NCBI GenBank assembly: GCA_000320545.1
Contig: ADNK01003301.1
Coordinates: 1-64,000, forward strand
Length of the DNA: 64,000 nucleotides
Reading direction: 5' to 3'
From: Bigelowiella natans CCMP2755
Taxonomy: Eukaryota; Protista; Cercozoa
The position numbers were made by a program, and so were the translations under genes. Of this stretch, positions 23,552 to 36,466 are shown one piece after another (the stretch's first letter is position 1; each line of letters opens with the position of its first letter). A model generated the notes under the pieces. The model ran no database searches and was not told the DNA's origin. It worked only from the letters and a program-made list of their open reading frames with translations.

Positions 23552-26480
23552 TTATGCAACCGACTTCACAGAATCAATGATTTCTCTCTCCAAATTTGGA
23601 GGGACAAAATCATATGAGTGAAGTTGCATCTGGTACTGGGCTCTTCCCTTTGATATGGACCTCAGTGTGGAGACGTACTGGAACATCTCCGAGAGAGGAA
23701 CTAGAGCCGACACTTGCTTAACGTTACCACGATCTCCCATCTCGAGGACTTGTCCACGTCTGGAGTTGATATCACCGATAACATCTCCCATGTGTTCTTC
23801 AGGGGTAGTGACATCGACCTTCATAATAGGCTCGCTAAGACGTGCCTTAGCCTTCATCATACCTTCTCTGAATGCAGCACGAGCAGCAATTTCGAAAGCC
23901 ATAACAGAGGAGTCTACATCGTGATATGCGCCATCAAGAAGGGTAGCTTTAAATCCGAGGACAGGGAACCCTGCAAGAGGTCCTCGAGTGGTCTCAGACT
24001 CAATACCTTTAACGACACCAGGAATGTACTCCTTAGGCACGGTACCTCCCTTGATTTCCGAAACGAACTGGAATCCCTCAGAGGATTCGTCATCTTCAGC
24101 TGGCGTCCAGGGTTCGAAGTCCACGACGATGCGTGCGTACTGGCCAGATCCTCCAGATTGCTTCTTGTGTGTGTAGTCGATGTTAGCCTTCTTCGTGATA
24201 GCCTCGCGGTAAGCGACCTGAGGAGCGCCGACATTGCACTCTACGTTGAACTCACGGCGCATACGATCCACAATGATGTCAAGGTGCAGCTCTCCCATAC
24301 CCTCAATAACAGTCTGACCCGATTGTTCATCACGAGAGTATCTGAAGGAAGGATCTTCTTGTGCCAGTTTGTAAAGAGCGTTGGCCATCTTTTCCTGGTC
24401 ACCCTTGGACTTAGGTTCAACAGCGATCTTAATGACAGGTTCAGGGAAGTCCATCTTTTCAAGAATCACAGGGTTCTCAGCGTCGCAGAGAGTTTCTCCA
24501 GTGGTAGTATCCTTCATTCCAACAAGCGCAACGATGTCGCCGGCACGGGCCTCAGGGATTTCCTCTCGGCTGTTTGCATGCATCAAAACCATACGAGACA
24601 CGCGCTCCTTTTTACCCTTAACAGAGTTAATGATCTGGTCGCCTTGCTTGAGAACACCGGAGTAGATGCGTGCGAAGGTAAGTGTTCCCACATAAGGGTC
24701 AGTAGCAATCTTGAACGCGAGCGCCGAGAAAGGTTCGTCGTCGCTGCTGATACGCTGTGTCTCCTCCCCGTCCTTCGTCTCACCCTTGATGGCTTCTACA
24801 TCGATAGGAGCAGGTAGGAAGTCCACAACTGCGTCTAGCAATGGCTGTACACCCTTGTTCTTGAAAGCAGTTCCGAGCATGACGGGCACGAATTCGAAGT
24901 TGAGGGTACCTTTACGAATAAGCTTTTTCAAGGTCGCCTCGTCAGGTTCCTCGCCCTCCAAATATTGTTCCATAGCATCGTCGTCCATTTCGACAGCAGC
25001 CTCGATCATTTTTTCACGGTACTCATCAGCCTTCTCCTTGAGGTCGTCAGGAATTTCAGTCTCCTCGAAGCTAGCTCCCAGACTCTCGTCGTTCCAGACA
25101 ATTGCCTTCATCTTAACAAGGTCGATTACACCCTTGAAGTCGGATTCAGTGCCAATTGGTAACTGCATAGCGACAGGTCGTGCCCCAAGCTGCTTCTCAA
25201 TCGACTCAAGGCAGTAGTAAAAGTCAGCACCAACTCGGTCCATCTTGTTGCAAAAACAGATCCTTGGCACCTTATATCTGAAATATGATAGATACCAATC
25301 AAAACAACGAAAACAGGTAGGATCATCAATATGTATTGTGGTGTGAGAAGGCGTTGATGTAGGACGGTGCTGCCATCGAAAATAAGCTGAAAAATCCGGC
25401 CACTCACTCCCTGCTATGTACACACCTGTCAGCCTGGCGCCAAACAGTCTCAGATTGTGGTTCAACACCAGAAACACCGTCGAAGACAGCAACTGCACCA
25501 TCAAGAACGCGGAGGGATCGCTCAACCTCTAGGGTAAAGTCGACGTGTCCGGGCGTATCGATGATGTTGATACGGTGATCTTTCCAGAAAGTGGTAGTGG
25601 CAGCTGATGTAATAGTGATTCCACGTTCCTAATTGTATGATACAGAAAAACTATGGATCAATCGATGAAAATATGAATTATGTGTCTGGTGAGTGAGAAT
25701 GCACATGCCGTTGAACTGTGATAGTCATCGAGTTGAGTAGAATGTTGTTAAGGATATAATGTTTATTACAAACATTTATATACCTGCTCTTGTACCATCC
25801 AGTCCATAGTCGCACCACCATCATGAACTTCACCGATTTTATACGACTTTCCGGTGTAATATAGGATTCGCTCTGTTGTTGTGGTCTTGCCAGCGTCGAT
25901 GTGAGCCATGATCCCGATGTTACGATACATATCCAAAGGAATTTCTCTGAAAAACATATGCAACAAGGAATGCGCCGTAGGTCAGCTCTTGACTGAAAAT
26001 TCTGACCCGATTACTTATTAAATACGCGCCCTCTACACTAACACCCATACCGGATCCACTTCATTTATACCTTTTTCCTGCTTCAGCTGCAGCAGCATTT
26101 ACCACAGTCGATCTTGGAGCATTATTGAGGATTTGTCGAGAAATTTTGGGAGCCTGATCTCTCTTGCGCTCAAGCATCACCTTCTGACAGAAAAGAAGAC
26201 ACATCGTCCGTCAGAATTGAGTATGCAATTTCTTTCCATCATCTATTCTCGCATCAACTTTAAGACGTGTGTGCGTATGTGTGCACGTTTGTGTGGGGAA
26301 GGGATACAAATATAACATTTTGTAACTAGGGTTCTTCTACTGCTTACTCGTGGTGGAAGCACAGAGCGAGAGAATACGGAAGGGGGTGCGCGTACGGAGA
26401 TCTTAGGTTGGGTGCTTACGACAGGAGCAGCCACATCTATGATTATCAATTGCACACTGTTAATTCTTTATTTATTCACA

Positions 26481-26514
<34 letters not shown>

Positions 26515-26674
26515 TGACGGAACCTGCGGTAATTCCGGAGTATGTAAAAGCAAAGACTCCGATCAAACCAACTGCCAACACAGCATTCAGGGCAAGACTC
26601 CAGCTCAAGCGCCTGGAACGCCTCGATCCTACTGATCCCTCCAGCCCGAAACTTGTATAATTTGTAGTCTGCAT
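23552..26674 (-). CDS. fusA: Plastid-targeted translation elongation factor G, multi-exon
   Basis: [74 protein letters not shown]. Leader [24 protein letters not shown] is followed by Ser/Arg/Pro-rich exons. Confidence 0.96.
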
Positions 26675-27367
26675 CCCTTCACTGTGAATACCAAACGACG
26701 ACGTTCATCATCCGTACCGTAAATGACACATCGCACTTAACAAAAGGAAAGAAATTTCGTGAAATGTTTCGCAACAACGAAAAATGGATAGTAACAAATA
26801 TCCACATACAAAATATCATCGACAATCGCCCAGAAGCGCGTTTGAAATGCTAAAATCCGAACAAGGGCATTTTGTGGTGGTAGGGGGGTAGAATCACCTG
26901 CAACTCGTGTGGTCGTACAGAATTTAAGACTTATCTAGAAGTGCTACGACCTTGTGTTTGGCCCTTTTCAAAGTTACGTTGGGGAAAACTGGTATAAACT
27001 TAAGGACGTTTTAATCGTGAATCGATGGCATTTTGGAAAACAGTGAACCATACAAAGTGCTTTGCGACTCAGCTGTCGGCCCATTGAAGGAAATAAAAAA
27101 GCGGTAGGGTTAGTGTCAAGATACTGACGGATATTAATCGGGTACTGACCGGACAGGATGACTTTGTTGCCGCTTCTCATGCTTGCGTATCCAGACCCAC
27201 GTAATTTTAGTGAATAATCTCTGGATGCTCTCTCGATATCCATGTGACTATTGGTAGTGTCCGACAGTGTCCGAACAGATTTTCTGAGATAGTCCCCAGA
27301 GTTTCTCCACATTGGCTCTCCTACCACCGAATCTCAAAAAAGGGTTGCTAGACCTTATCGTAGAAAA

Positions 27368-28619
27368 ATGGCGTTTTCGGGATCATTCGCTTGGTCTGCA
27401 GCTGCGAAGACATTGCTCAGGTACGCATTGACAGTTGGGATACAATTGGAAGCTTTGTTTTTTGGATCATAAAGACCTATGCACGTAGAGTCTTCTCCTG
27501 GTTCACCAAAATGCATTCGTGTTTGTATTTTGTTACATAAGGAGTGCAAGGCGAGGTCTGGCAAATCCTTATGCAGCGATAACCAAACTGTCTGGAACAG
27601 TACGTCCTCGAATGGCACCCATTTTTACGATCAGCTCGGCAACTGTCGGGATCTTTGCCGCTTCTGAGTACATGATGGCCAGTAACGCGAGTAACAACAA
27701 GATGCTACCATCGACGACTGGCGACAGCATTCGTGCGTACTTGGGGTTATCGACGGCATACGCAAAATGGTCACATTGTTGAAGACACAAGCATGCAATG
27801 ATTACAATCAGATATTTCAAAATATCATTGTAGTAAGGCACATGTTTATGCGAAACAATCTTGGTTAGAGTACCATAGATGATGCGCCGTTATATTTGCA
27901 TCAGGGAAAAAGCCCCAAGGCAGAATGTTATCATTCAGGGAAAACCATTCAAAGTGACCGCAGAAAAATCAGCCGACAATTTGTACGTTACAATTGTCGA
28001 TTTGTTCGGGTAATAACAATAAGCATATAAATATATTCTTCACTTCAACTCAACCGAACTGTGGAACTGTTTCTACCAGGGAAAAAGCATTTGATCCATG
28101 CGTGCCATTCTGCAACGCATGTATAACCAAAGATGGGCATATATTTGTCTCTGGGACGATTGGAATTCATCCTGGTACCGCTACTCTCGTCGAGGGAGGT
28201 ATTGGAGCGGAAACTACAGGTCATTTACTACAAACATTCACCTGCACAATACAATATTTTTCACCCCACCCTTTAAATTGCATCTGTACTATGATATAGC
28301 GATTATGGTACTAATCGAAGCTGCTCTAAAATCTTGCGGAGCGTCAATGGACGACTTAACGAATGTCAACGGTAAGATAAAAAGGTCCAACTTACCAGCG
28401 ATTGGTGATGAATGTGAAAACATACATAGTCGATTATAATGTTATTTTTCAGTGTTTCTAAAAGATAACAATGGCCCAAGATTCAGAGAAATGAATCGCG
28501 CATACATAAAGTATTTTAAGGGAACCCCGTTGCCAGCACGGATCACAGTAGGTTGTGGTAACTTAGCGCTCGGGGCCAACGTTGAAATTCAGGCGACTGC
28601 GTACCGCAAGTCATCATAA
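27368..28619 (+). CDS. RidA/YjgF/UK114 family enamine-imine deaminase, possibly with organellar (mitochondrial-like) N-terminal extension
   Basis: Core exons from 28080: PFCNACITKDGHIFVSGTIGIHP..LVEGGIGAET|AIMVLIEAALKSCGASMDDLTNVN|VFLKD..FREMNRAYIKYF..LPARITVG..LALGANVEIQATA, stop at 28619. The 5' exons (MAFSGSFAWSAAAKTLLR|SARRGL..) are tentative; an alternative ATG lies at 27879. Confidence 0.85.
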
Positions 28620-29542
28620 CCACCCCCACTAAATTGTACCATCAGCGTGGCGTACTGGTGAATCGTATATCCGCGTTTAATGCATGGAGAGAGTTGTGAC
28701 ACGCATGCGTGCATGTGCTGCGCACATATAACAGAGACATAGTTTTATTTGTTTCTATTATCATCGTTGTGAGCGGAACGGATTCGTCCATGCGTTGCGT
28801 TCGCAGCCACAGGTGTTCGGCTCTATCTTCTGACGACCAATGTGGCCTATGAAAACTGCTACAGTCTATGCCAGCGCTATGACAGCAAAGCTAATGTGTT
28901 GTCTTTTTGCGTTGCTTGCAGCGCGACGCAGAGCGCTGCGAAGGATGGGATCTGGTGATATAGTGAGATCGACTTTGGCACCTTGTGCTGTCGCCCTAGC
29001 TGCGCAGTGCGTGCGTACCTTGTGGAAGGCAAAGACCATGTGCTACTTGCACGCCTTGCGCATGTTCACTGCCATAAACTCAGCTTGCATTTTGCATGTG
29101 CATGCGAACCACAATTGCATTGTCCTATAGTCCTTGTATGCACGATGCGTGCCATCTATGGGGTAGGCAATCTTGGAAAATTCATGTTGCCCTTATGACA
29201 ATGTGAGGAAGCAGACGTATAGACGCCGCCACATGTGACACATGTGGTGTCATCAAAGACATGCATCATCATCTCCTTCAATGTGAGGCATGCGAACACC
29301 AACAGCTCATCAGATCCCGAAACCAATTGAATGCCATCATGAATCGAAACGACGACACGAAATATAACAACGAACTGAAGCTGGAAAAGAAGCACGGACC
29401 GCTGCGCGCGCACCGCTAGACCTAAAGACCACACGACATCGACGACAAGGTACATGCAGATGCTTTCAAATGCATGATATAATGAAACACATGATGGACG
29501 AGACAAGTGGACACAACCCAAGCGCTGTATATAGCCGCCGCT

Positions 29543-29603
29543 GCTTTGCACAGCTACAATTGGGATAACCGCTGAAAAGATTCAATCACTTCATTTCGTC
29601 TCA
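29543..29603 (+). repeat. Degenerate copy of the ~60-65 bp element
   Basis: gctttgcacagctacaattgggataaccgctgaaaagattcaatcacttcatttcgtctca. Confidence 0.7.
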
Positions 29604-29766
29604 CAATTGTTCACTCGATAGCTTAGATCTCACAGTGCCGCGCAAGCGCGCGCTAAACCACAAGATGTTGGTGAACCTCAATCATGAATTTTTCGACTGT
29701 AATTGACAAATTGTAAAATTACGGGATGCATTCATGTTCTATGTGCAACAATTTGCATCATGTTTC

Positions 29767-32700
29767 CTATTTCTTCTTATGGCTCTTTTTCTTTCCATTC
29801 TTCTTTTTCTTCACTCTGCCATTCTCCTTGTTTGTCTTCGCGCTGGCGTTCTTCTCTTTACCGACCTTGCTCTTCTTGGCAGCAGATTTAGGACTGCTCT
29901 TATTGCCGTTGTCAGCAGAATTTCCGGCAAAGCTGATCTTTCGTTTCTGTCCCTTTTTTGTTTGGTTAGGTGTCTTTTTTTTCTTCTTGCTACTTTTTTT
30001 TTCTACAGCATCATCGCGTTCATGGTTCACTTTGACTGCAACATCATCATTTTTGCTATCACGATTATCATGAACATCGTCGTCGCCGTTTCCTTCATCA
30101 TCATCGTCCCAGTTGCTTTCCATCTCCCCAAATCCTTCCAACCCTTCCCCGTCCTCCTCTTCGCCATCACCATTGTTGACATTTTCGAGGGGATCCTTAG
30201 TGACTCGCACCAGAATCGCATCATTTTCGTCCGAATGGTCGTTATCATGATCATCTTCATCATCGCCGTCATCTTCATCACTGCTCTCTACTTCTGCCGG
30301 AAGAGCACCACCGCCGAGCAGATATTCATTCTTCCCACCATCGTTGATGGCTCTAGAGTCTGGTAACTCCTGAAGAATGGACGTCGATGCGAGCATATAG
30401 TCCAACAGGTATGTTCGCTGTAATAGCTTGTCTAGACGCTTGAGGTGCCTTTCAGAGTACCTAGGAGGAGAGTGCTCTTTGTTATATAATACCATTTTAG
30501 TTCTTTATAATCACGTGATCATTGCATTAATTTACACCTAATCCTTACACCCATACATACTTATCCCCCCCGCTGGAACCTGATAATATGTTGCGCGGCT
30601 TCACGGAGGGGCTGTCGTATTTCTGATGACACCGTCGTGTTTGCTCCGTCCAACAGTGCGTGCTCACGAAGGAGTCGAGAGAGCACAAAATGCGCCACGG
30701 GAACGTAGTCAGTGTGCGTATTCCACTCGCGCGACCAAAGTACTATGCGAGCCCTTTCTTCAATTGTGCAATCTCCTAGAGCCTCACGTAACACCTCATC
30801 CGTGCTTGCGTGCCGGTAAAGGTGGCGAAAGATTTTAAACAGTTGTCGGGAATGTGAAAGCTTGAGCGCGATGCGAATAGCTTTTGCCCATTCCTTGTTC
30901 CGGAGGCAATTACGCAACTCTTGCTCTTTGAGGATATTATGCTCTCTCTCCATGCGTTCAGCCTCCTCTTCCTCCTCGGTTGCATCATGCCAGAACACGA
31001 TTCGAGAGTCCTCGCCACCGGTCACGATGCTTCCGCCATCACCCCAACATCGCAGCGCCCAGATTTTGTCCTATGAGAGTAGGCGATGGTGGTCGAAACA
31101 GCATAGAAAATCACGATCAACCCATTGAAGAGGAGGAGAACATCGAGACAGAGAGATAGGGGGTACGAAAATCTTATTTTTTCTCCCTTCTTCTTCACCT
31201 TCAAACTCTATTTTCTACTAACACCGCCGTATCCGCTTTCTACCTCATGCGCCTCCTCCGCAAAGGTGTTAATGCATTCGTTTGTCTTTATGGTCCATAG
31301 TTTGACCGCTGCATCGGAGCTGGCACTAAGGAGTTGAGTTCCTGCGTTGATAAAACAAACCTGCGTTACAGATGCCTCATGTCCCTGGAAGGTCCTTAGG
31401 CACGCGAAGTCTCCGTCTACAGCCCAGATCTTGATAGTTTGATCACCAGAGCTTGAGCAAACTACACGGTCAACAGGAGAGAATACCACAGACCACACGC
31501 CACGCTTATGGCCTTTGAGTGTAGCCAGAGGTGAGGTAAGATCATTCGCTTTCCATAGCTTCACAGTGCGGTCCGAAGAGCCGGTTGCTACCAGATTGTC
31601 ATCAGCTGAGACCGCAAGTCCGTTGATGTCCTTCAAGTGTGCAACCACGCCATCTGCTGACTTCTTGAGCTCTTCGATTCCACCTGAGTCATCTGTGGAG
31701 GAGTGTGATGCCTCCTTGCCTTCTATCATCATCATCATCATCTTGTTCTTCTTCTTCTTCCTTCTTAGTAGCCTGCCATAGTCCCACCGCTTCAATGTTG
31801 TATCACGTGATGTTGAGAAAAAATATGCATGTTGAGGGAGGCGGCAGCATGCAACAGCACCAATACCCTTCGTGTGACCCGATACTACTCCTACACACAC
31901 CGGTGGATGCAATATTCTCACTGTTGAAGAACCACCTAAGAGATACGAGAAAACATCAAGATGATAAATCAAGAAAACTCGGAGGTCTCCTACTTTGATA
32001 AAATGGTGCATGTGTATGAATACCTGGCACGTTGGCCTTCTCGATCGTTACAGTTCCAGCTTCGTTGAGCCGCCACAGCCTGATAGTAGTATCTTTTGAC
32101 CCAGAGAGTAGAAAGCGGTTGTCGGCGGAGATGCAGAGAGAAATCACGGTATCGTTATGCCCAACTAGTAGACGAGCGTTGAGGGTTTTCACATCATAAA
32201 CCCGAATAACAGGAGAGTTAGTTGCGACAAATACTGCATCGCCTTCCACATTCTCTGTGAATCCACTCGCTCTCTCCGTGCCGTCATTGTCCTCATCGGA
32301 ATTCTCATCCCTCTCCTTGTACTTTTGGCCGTCGACTCTCCTTTTTTCTTCGTCTTCATCGCCGTTATTCCCCGACCCCACCGCTTTCAGGATGGTGGAT
32401 AATGGTGCCCATGCGATGTCCAGTATCTCATCATTATGGCCAATGACAATCCGCGATTGATGAAATCCCATAAGGCTATGGAACCGAATATTGTGCTCCT
32501 GGGTCGAAGTCACCACTGCCCCTCCTCCTTCGACAGCATCGGCGAGAAACATCTGGAGTATGTGCGTCTTGGCTTTCTCCTGTTTGTTGTTTTGCCCCTC
32601 GCCATCCATTCTGACATTGCTGTTATTGTCACTATTCTTATCGTGTTTGTCGAGGCTTTTGCTGAACTCCATCGTCATCTTTTTCGTGTTCCATATCTTA

Positions 32701-33739
32701 AGGACCCCCTTCTCACCTCCAGTTGCAATATAACACTCGCCAAGCTTGGATCCTTCAAACAGGACGCTTGGTGGTAACGATATAACACCTTCCAGCTCCT
32801 CGTATACGGGTGTAGTGCGCAGCAAGGAGTAGTCGGACGTGTCCCACGTGTTGATTACCTTATCTCGACCTACTGTGAACATCCTCTTACCATCATAGCT
32901 GAAGGCCAAGCCCGTTGCGCTTTGAACGTGATCATCCAGTGTTCTAACACGGCGCGAATATAGTTCGGAAACCCGTATCTCACCACCTTCGGAGAGGGAA
33001 ACAACCTCCATTCTGGTACTTGTGAAATGAGGTCGGAATAAGAGTCTAGTCACTGTTCCTTGATGTCCTGTGAAACGATGCGTGCAGTGACCAGTGGCTA
33101 TATCCCAAACCCTAACGCTGCGATCGGTACTGCCTGTGGCAACAAGTGTTCCAGTGGGATCTGTCTCCATTGACAGCACCGGAAGTTGGTGGCCCTTCCA
33201 CGACTTAATCTTTTTGCCTTCATTGCTTAAGTCCCAAGTCGTTAGTAGAAGACTCTGGGCGCTAGTGATAAGAGTCTTGCCCTTCGGATCCACAGCAAAT
33301 GTGATAAAATTGTCGCTTTCGCCTGCCTCAATTTTGAGTGTGACTTGCCTGAGTAGTTGAGTTATTCTCTCAGCTATAAAACAATTAAGTTTTAGACTTA
33401 CACAACACTCACCCATCATCAATGTTGGAGATCGCAACGTCTCCATTACACCAGCAGAATAACCGAGACTGATCTTTTTGAGCTATACAAATTTTGCCTC
33501 CGGTGTAGCATGCCTGGATCGAACGATCCGTTTGGTAGGTTTTAGAAAGACGATTTCTCATGTGAGTGCGATGGGTTCCAGCGATGAGAATTTGTTCAGC
33601 TCAGAGCACAAACAGCGCACCTACATCCATTGCCATATGAAGATTATGGTATGAGATTAGGAACTCACAAACTACGATGACCTATGATCCAAGTTTACTC
33701 GCCAGGGGAGTCAGTAACTCCACGAGGGGTCATCGTCAT
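29767..33739 (-). CDS. TBL3: U3 snoRNP WD40 protein UTP13/TBL3, multi-exon
   Basis: LSKTYQTDRSIQACYTGG N-terminus, many WD repeats (GHNDEILD, GHKRGVWSVVFSPVD) and Utp13 C-domain EQELRNCL..WSREWNTHT..YSERHLKRLDKLLQRTYLLDYML, then an acidic and Lys-rich tail. Confidence 0.93.
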
Positions 33740-34375
33740 TATTCATTCTCCAGGCTCATCTTGCCCGTTCTGTCCTCCGAACAACAAAAGGTACGACAAT
33801 GAACAAGGAATTTGCGATGTTCATTTACTGATATATGGAGCATGAACATGTCGCACTTACCAAAAGACATTCCATAAAACAAGAAAATCAGACTCGAAGG
33901 CATTTGCAAAGGCAAGATCGTCTTTCACAGGAGGTGAAGTTGAGCAGTTCCTGATGCAATAATTCAATTCGGGGAATTCATCGGAGGTTAAACAAACTTA
34001 ATTTAGCGGCTAAGGCCGTACCTTGTGACTCCAAGAACGAAAAGTTTCAATAAAGTTCATTAAATCCCGGTATTGAACATAATAATTGAAAAATCGAGGG
34101 CATTATTTACATAACTAAAGGCTTTACAGCTAATATGGACATTTTCTCTGGGTAGTGAGTGTTTGAATAACCTGAAAATCTCTCGGTGAGCATGCGCCTC
34201 CCCCACCGCCCCCAATACCTTTTTCTTTAAATGACAGACGGTGAAATCATGGGACTTTACCTTTAGAATTGATTCCTAATCAGTTTCAACACTTTCCCAT
34301 GTTGTACAGAGAATTTTAAACATCATCTGACATGCAGATCGTTGTTTCTCAGCCACACAAGTAGCTCCAGCCATC

Positions 34376-35209
34376 ATGGACTCTAAGAAAGAAATGGAGG
34401 TGATCGAACCCAAAGAAATCTCCAAGAAGAAAAAGTTCGTTTCCGACGGTGTTTTTTACGCTGAGTTAAATGAATTTCTCTCTCGTGAGCTTGGAGAGGA
34501 TGGATATTCAGGAGTTGAGGTGCGAGGTCCTGCTCGCCGCAGAGAAATCATCATTAAGGCAACCCGCACCCAGCATGTTATCGGAGAAAATGGAAGGCGC
34601 ATCCGGGAGCTTACCTCCCTAATTGAGAAGCGTTTTGGCTTTGCTGATGGTCAAGTCAAGCTTTTCGCTGAGAAGGTGAGGAACCGTGGACTGTGCGCTA
34701 TCGCTCAGGCAGAATCGCTTTGTTACAAACTCATGGAAGGTATGGCTGTGAGACGGGCGTGCTACGGAGTTCTTCGTTTTATCATGGAAAGTGACGCTAA
34801 GGGATGTGAAATCATCGTTTCGGGTAAATTGCGTGCACAACGTGCTAAAAGTATGAAATTCAAGGACGGATACATGATCACATCTGGTGACGCTGCAATC
34901 CACTACATTGACGAGGCTGTCCGCAGTATCAAGATGAAACAGGGTGTTTTGGGAATTAAGGTGAAAATCATGCTTCCGTATGACGCTACAGGCAAAGTTG
35001 GATGCAAAGTTACACAGCCTGATGTTGTGACTGTCCTTGAACCTAAAGCGGAGAAACCACTGGATATCCCACCCAAAACCGGATATTCTGAAGATATGAG
35101 AAAGAAGGATCCAACACCTATGGAACAACCTGATGCTGGTATGTCTCAACCAATGTCTCAGCCAGCTGATATGTCACAAGGACAAATGGCACAACCTGTT
35201 CACGGTTAG
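34376..35209 (+). CDS. RPS3: 40S ribosomal protein S3 (uS3)
   Basis: [57 protein letters not shown]. Uninterrupted CDS with an M/S/Q/P-rich C-terminal extension. Confidence 0.98.
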   Translation: MDSKKEMEVIEPKEISKKKKFVSDGVFYAELNEFLSRELGEDGYSGVEVRGPARRREIIIKATRTQHVIGENGRRIRELTSLIEKRFGFADGQVKLFAEKVRNRGLCAIAQAESLCYKLMEGMAVRRACYGVLRFIMESDAKGCEIIVSGKLRAQRAKSMKFKDGYMITSGDAAIHYIDEAVRSIKMKQGVLGIKVKIMLPYDATGKVGCKVTQPDVVTVLEPKAEKPLDIPPKTGYSEDMRKKDPTPMEQPDAGMSQPMSQPADMSQGQMAQPVHG

Positions 35210-35404
35210 CTGCTAAATGTATTAGTTTACAAGTTATCATCATCAATGATATGAATTCATCAACCAGATAAGTATCTTGCGATATAGCTGCAACAACATA
35301 AAAGTTAGAAATAGGATTACTTTTCTATAATATCTTCTCTCTCCCCCCCCCCCCCTCTCTCTCTCTCTCTCTGTGCGTGCGTGTGTGTGTGTGTGCGTGT
35401 GCGC

Positions 35405-35505
<101 letters not shown>

Positions 35506-35692
35506 TATATATCCACATACATACTCATTGAGATGCACAAAATCTTGCGATAGCGCGGTCAGAGCTACGCTATTACCTGTCACGAACACAAGCGACGTTG
35601 CATCATTGTGATGCATGTCGGACTGCTGCAGCTCTTGAGCGCTGCAAACATCGCATGCCCGCATGGCATCACGGGATCGGCACGTGCACATC

Positions 35693-35750
35693 AGACGAAG
35701 CGATTAAATCTTTTCAATGATTTCATCCTGATGCACAACTGTGTGCAACA
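35693..35750 (-). repeat. Highly degenerate copy of the ~60-65 bp element
   Basis: agacgaagcgattaaatcttttcaatgatttcatcctgatgc aligns loosely with the minus-strand copies at 22.1-22.3 kb. Confidence 0.45.
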
Positions 35751-36466
35751 AAACAGCGCTAGAGCGTCTACGCACGGCACTCGCTCATGCTAGCATGCAT
35801 CACATCTACGTATACGTATGTACGTGGACATGCTAGCATGCGTGAGACAATGCATCGATGCATGCGATCGCGATGCGATGCGCAATGAATGCGAAGTCAT
35901 GTTCGTGCAATTCATGTTTTCATGCAATGGTCACATCTAAACAGCTAGCATGCCAACATCTGTGTAGCAATATCGGGATGGCATGCACGCACGAACTCAT
36001 CTAGCTAGCTTGTGACAACATGCACATGCTAGCATGACATGCGTGCACACATGTGAACATGCAATTCTGATTCAAATTTGTTGCAAAATGTGCAGAATTG
36101 AATGCATGCATGCGACACGTGCGCTACGCATGTGCGTACGTGTGGACTACATGTTTGACTACATGCTTGCAAATCATGGCATGCTTGTGCTACAGCGAGC
36201 TTGTCAACCAGAGCGTGCACTGTGCACAGCTACTGGCTGAATGAATGTTTTGCATGTGAATGCATGAACATAGGGCATCTTTACACTGCGACATGATCCT
36301 AAGTTGACAATTTGTTGTCGCTGTCTCTAAGTAGCGTCCTGCTGCCTCGTCTCCTCCCCAAAAATTGTGACAAAAAGTAGTTCGTCCACCTCTCATGGTC
36401 ACCGGTCCCCATGCTGGACAACAAAACTTCAGTTAAAACGTTTTTTTGTTGAACAATTTGAAACTC

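Noticed and set aside
23714-24817. Long antisense ORFs over EF-G (also over RPS3, UTP13 and DENN)
   Set aside because: Shadow frames of conserved genes.
27607-27628. Apparent 22-nt GT-AG intron on the minus strand joining ORFs 27569-27841 and 27355-27618 (nucleomorph-sized intron)
   Set aside because: The joined product has no recognisable features and overlaps plausible plus-strand 5' exons of RidA. All other introns here are much longer, so this is probably coincidence.
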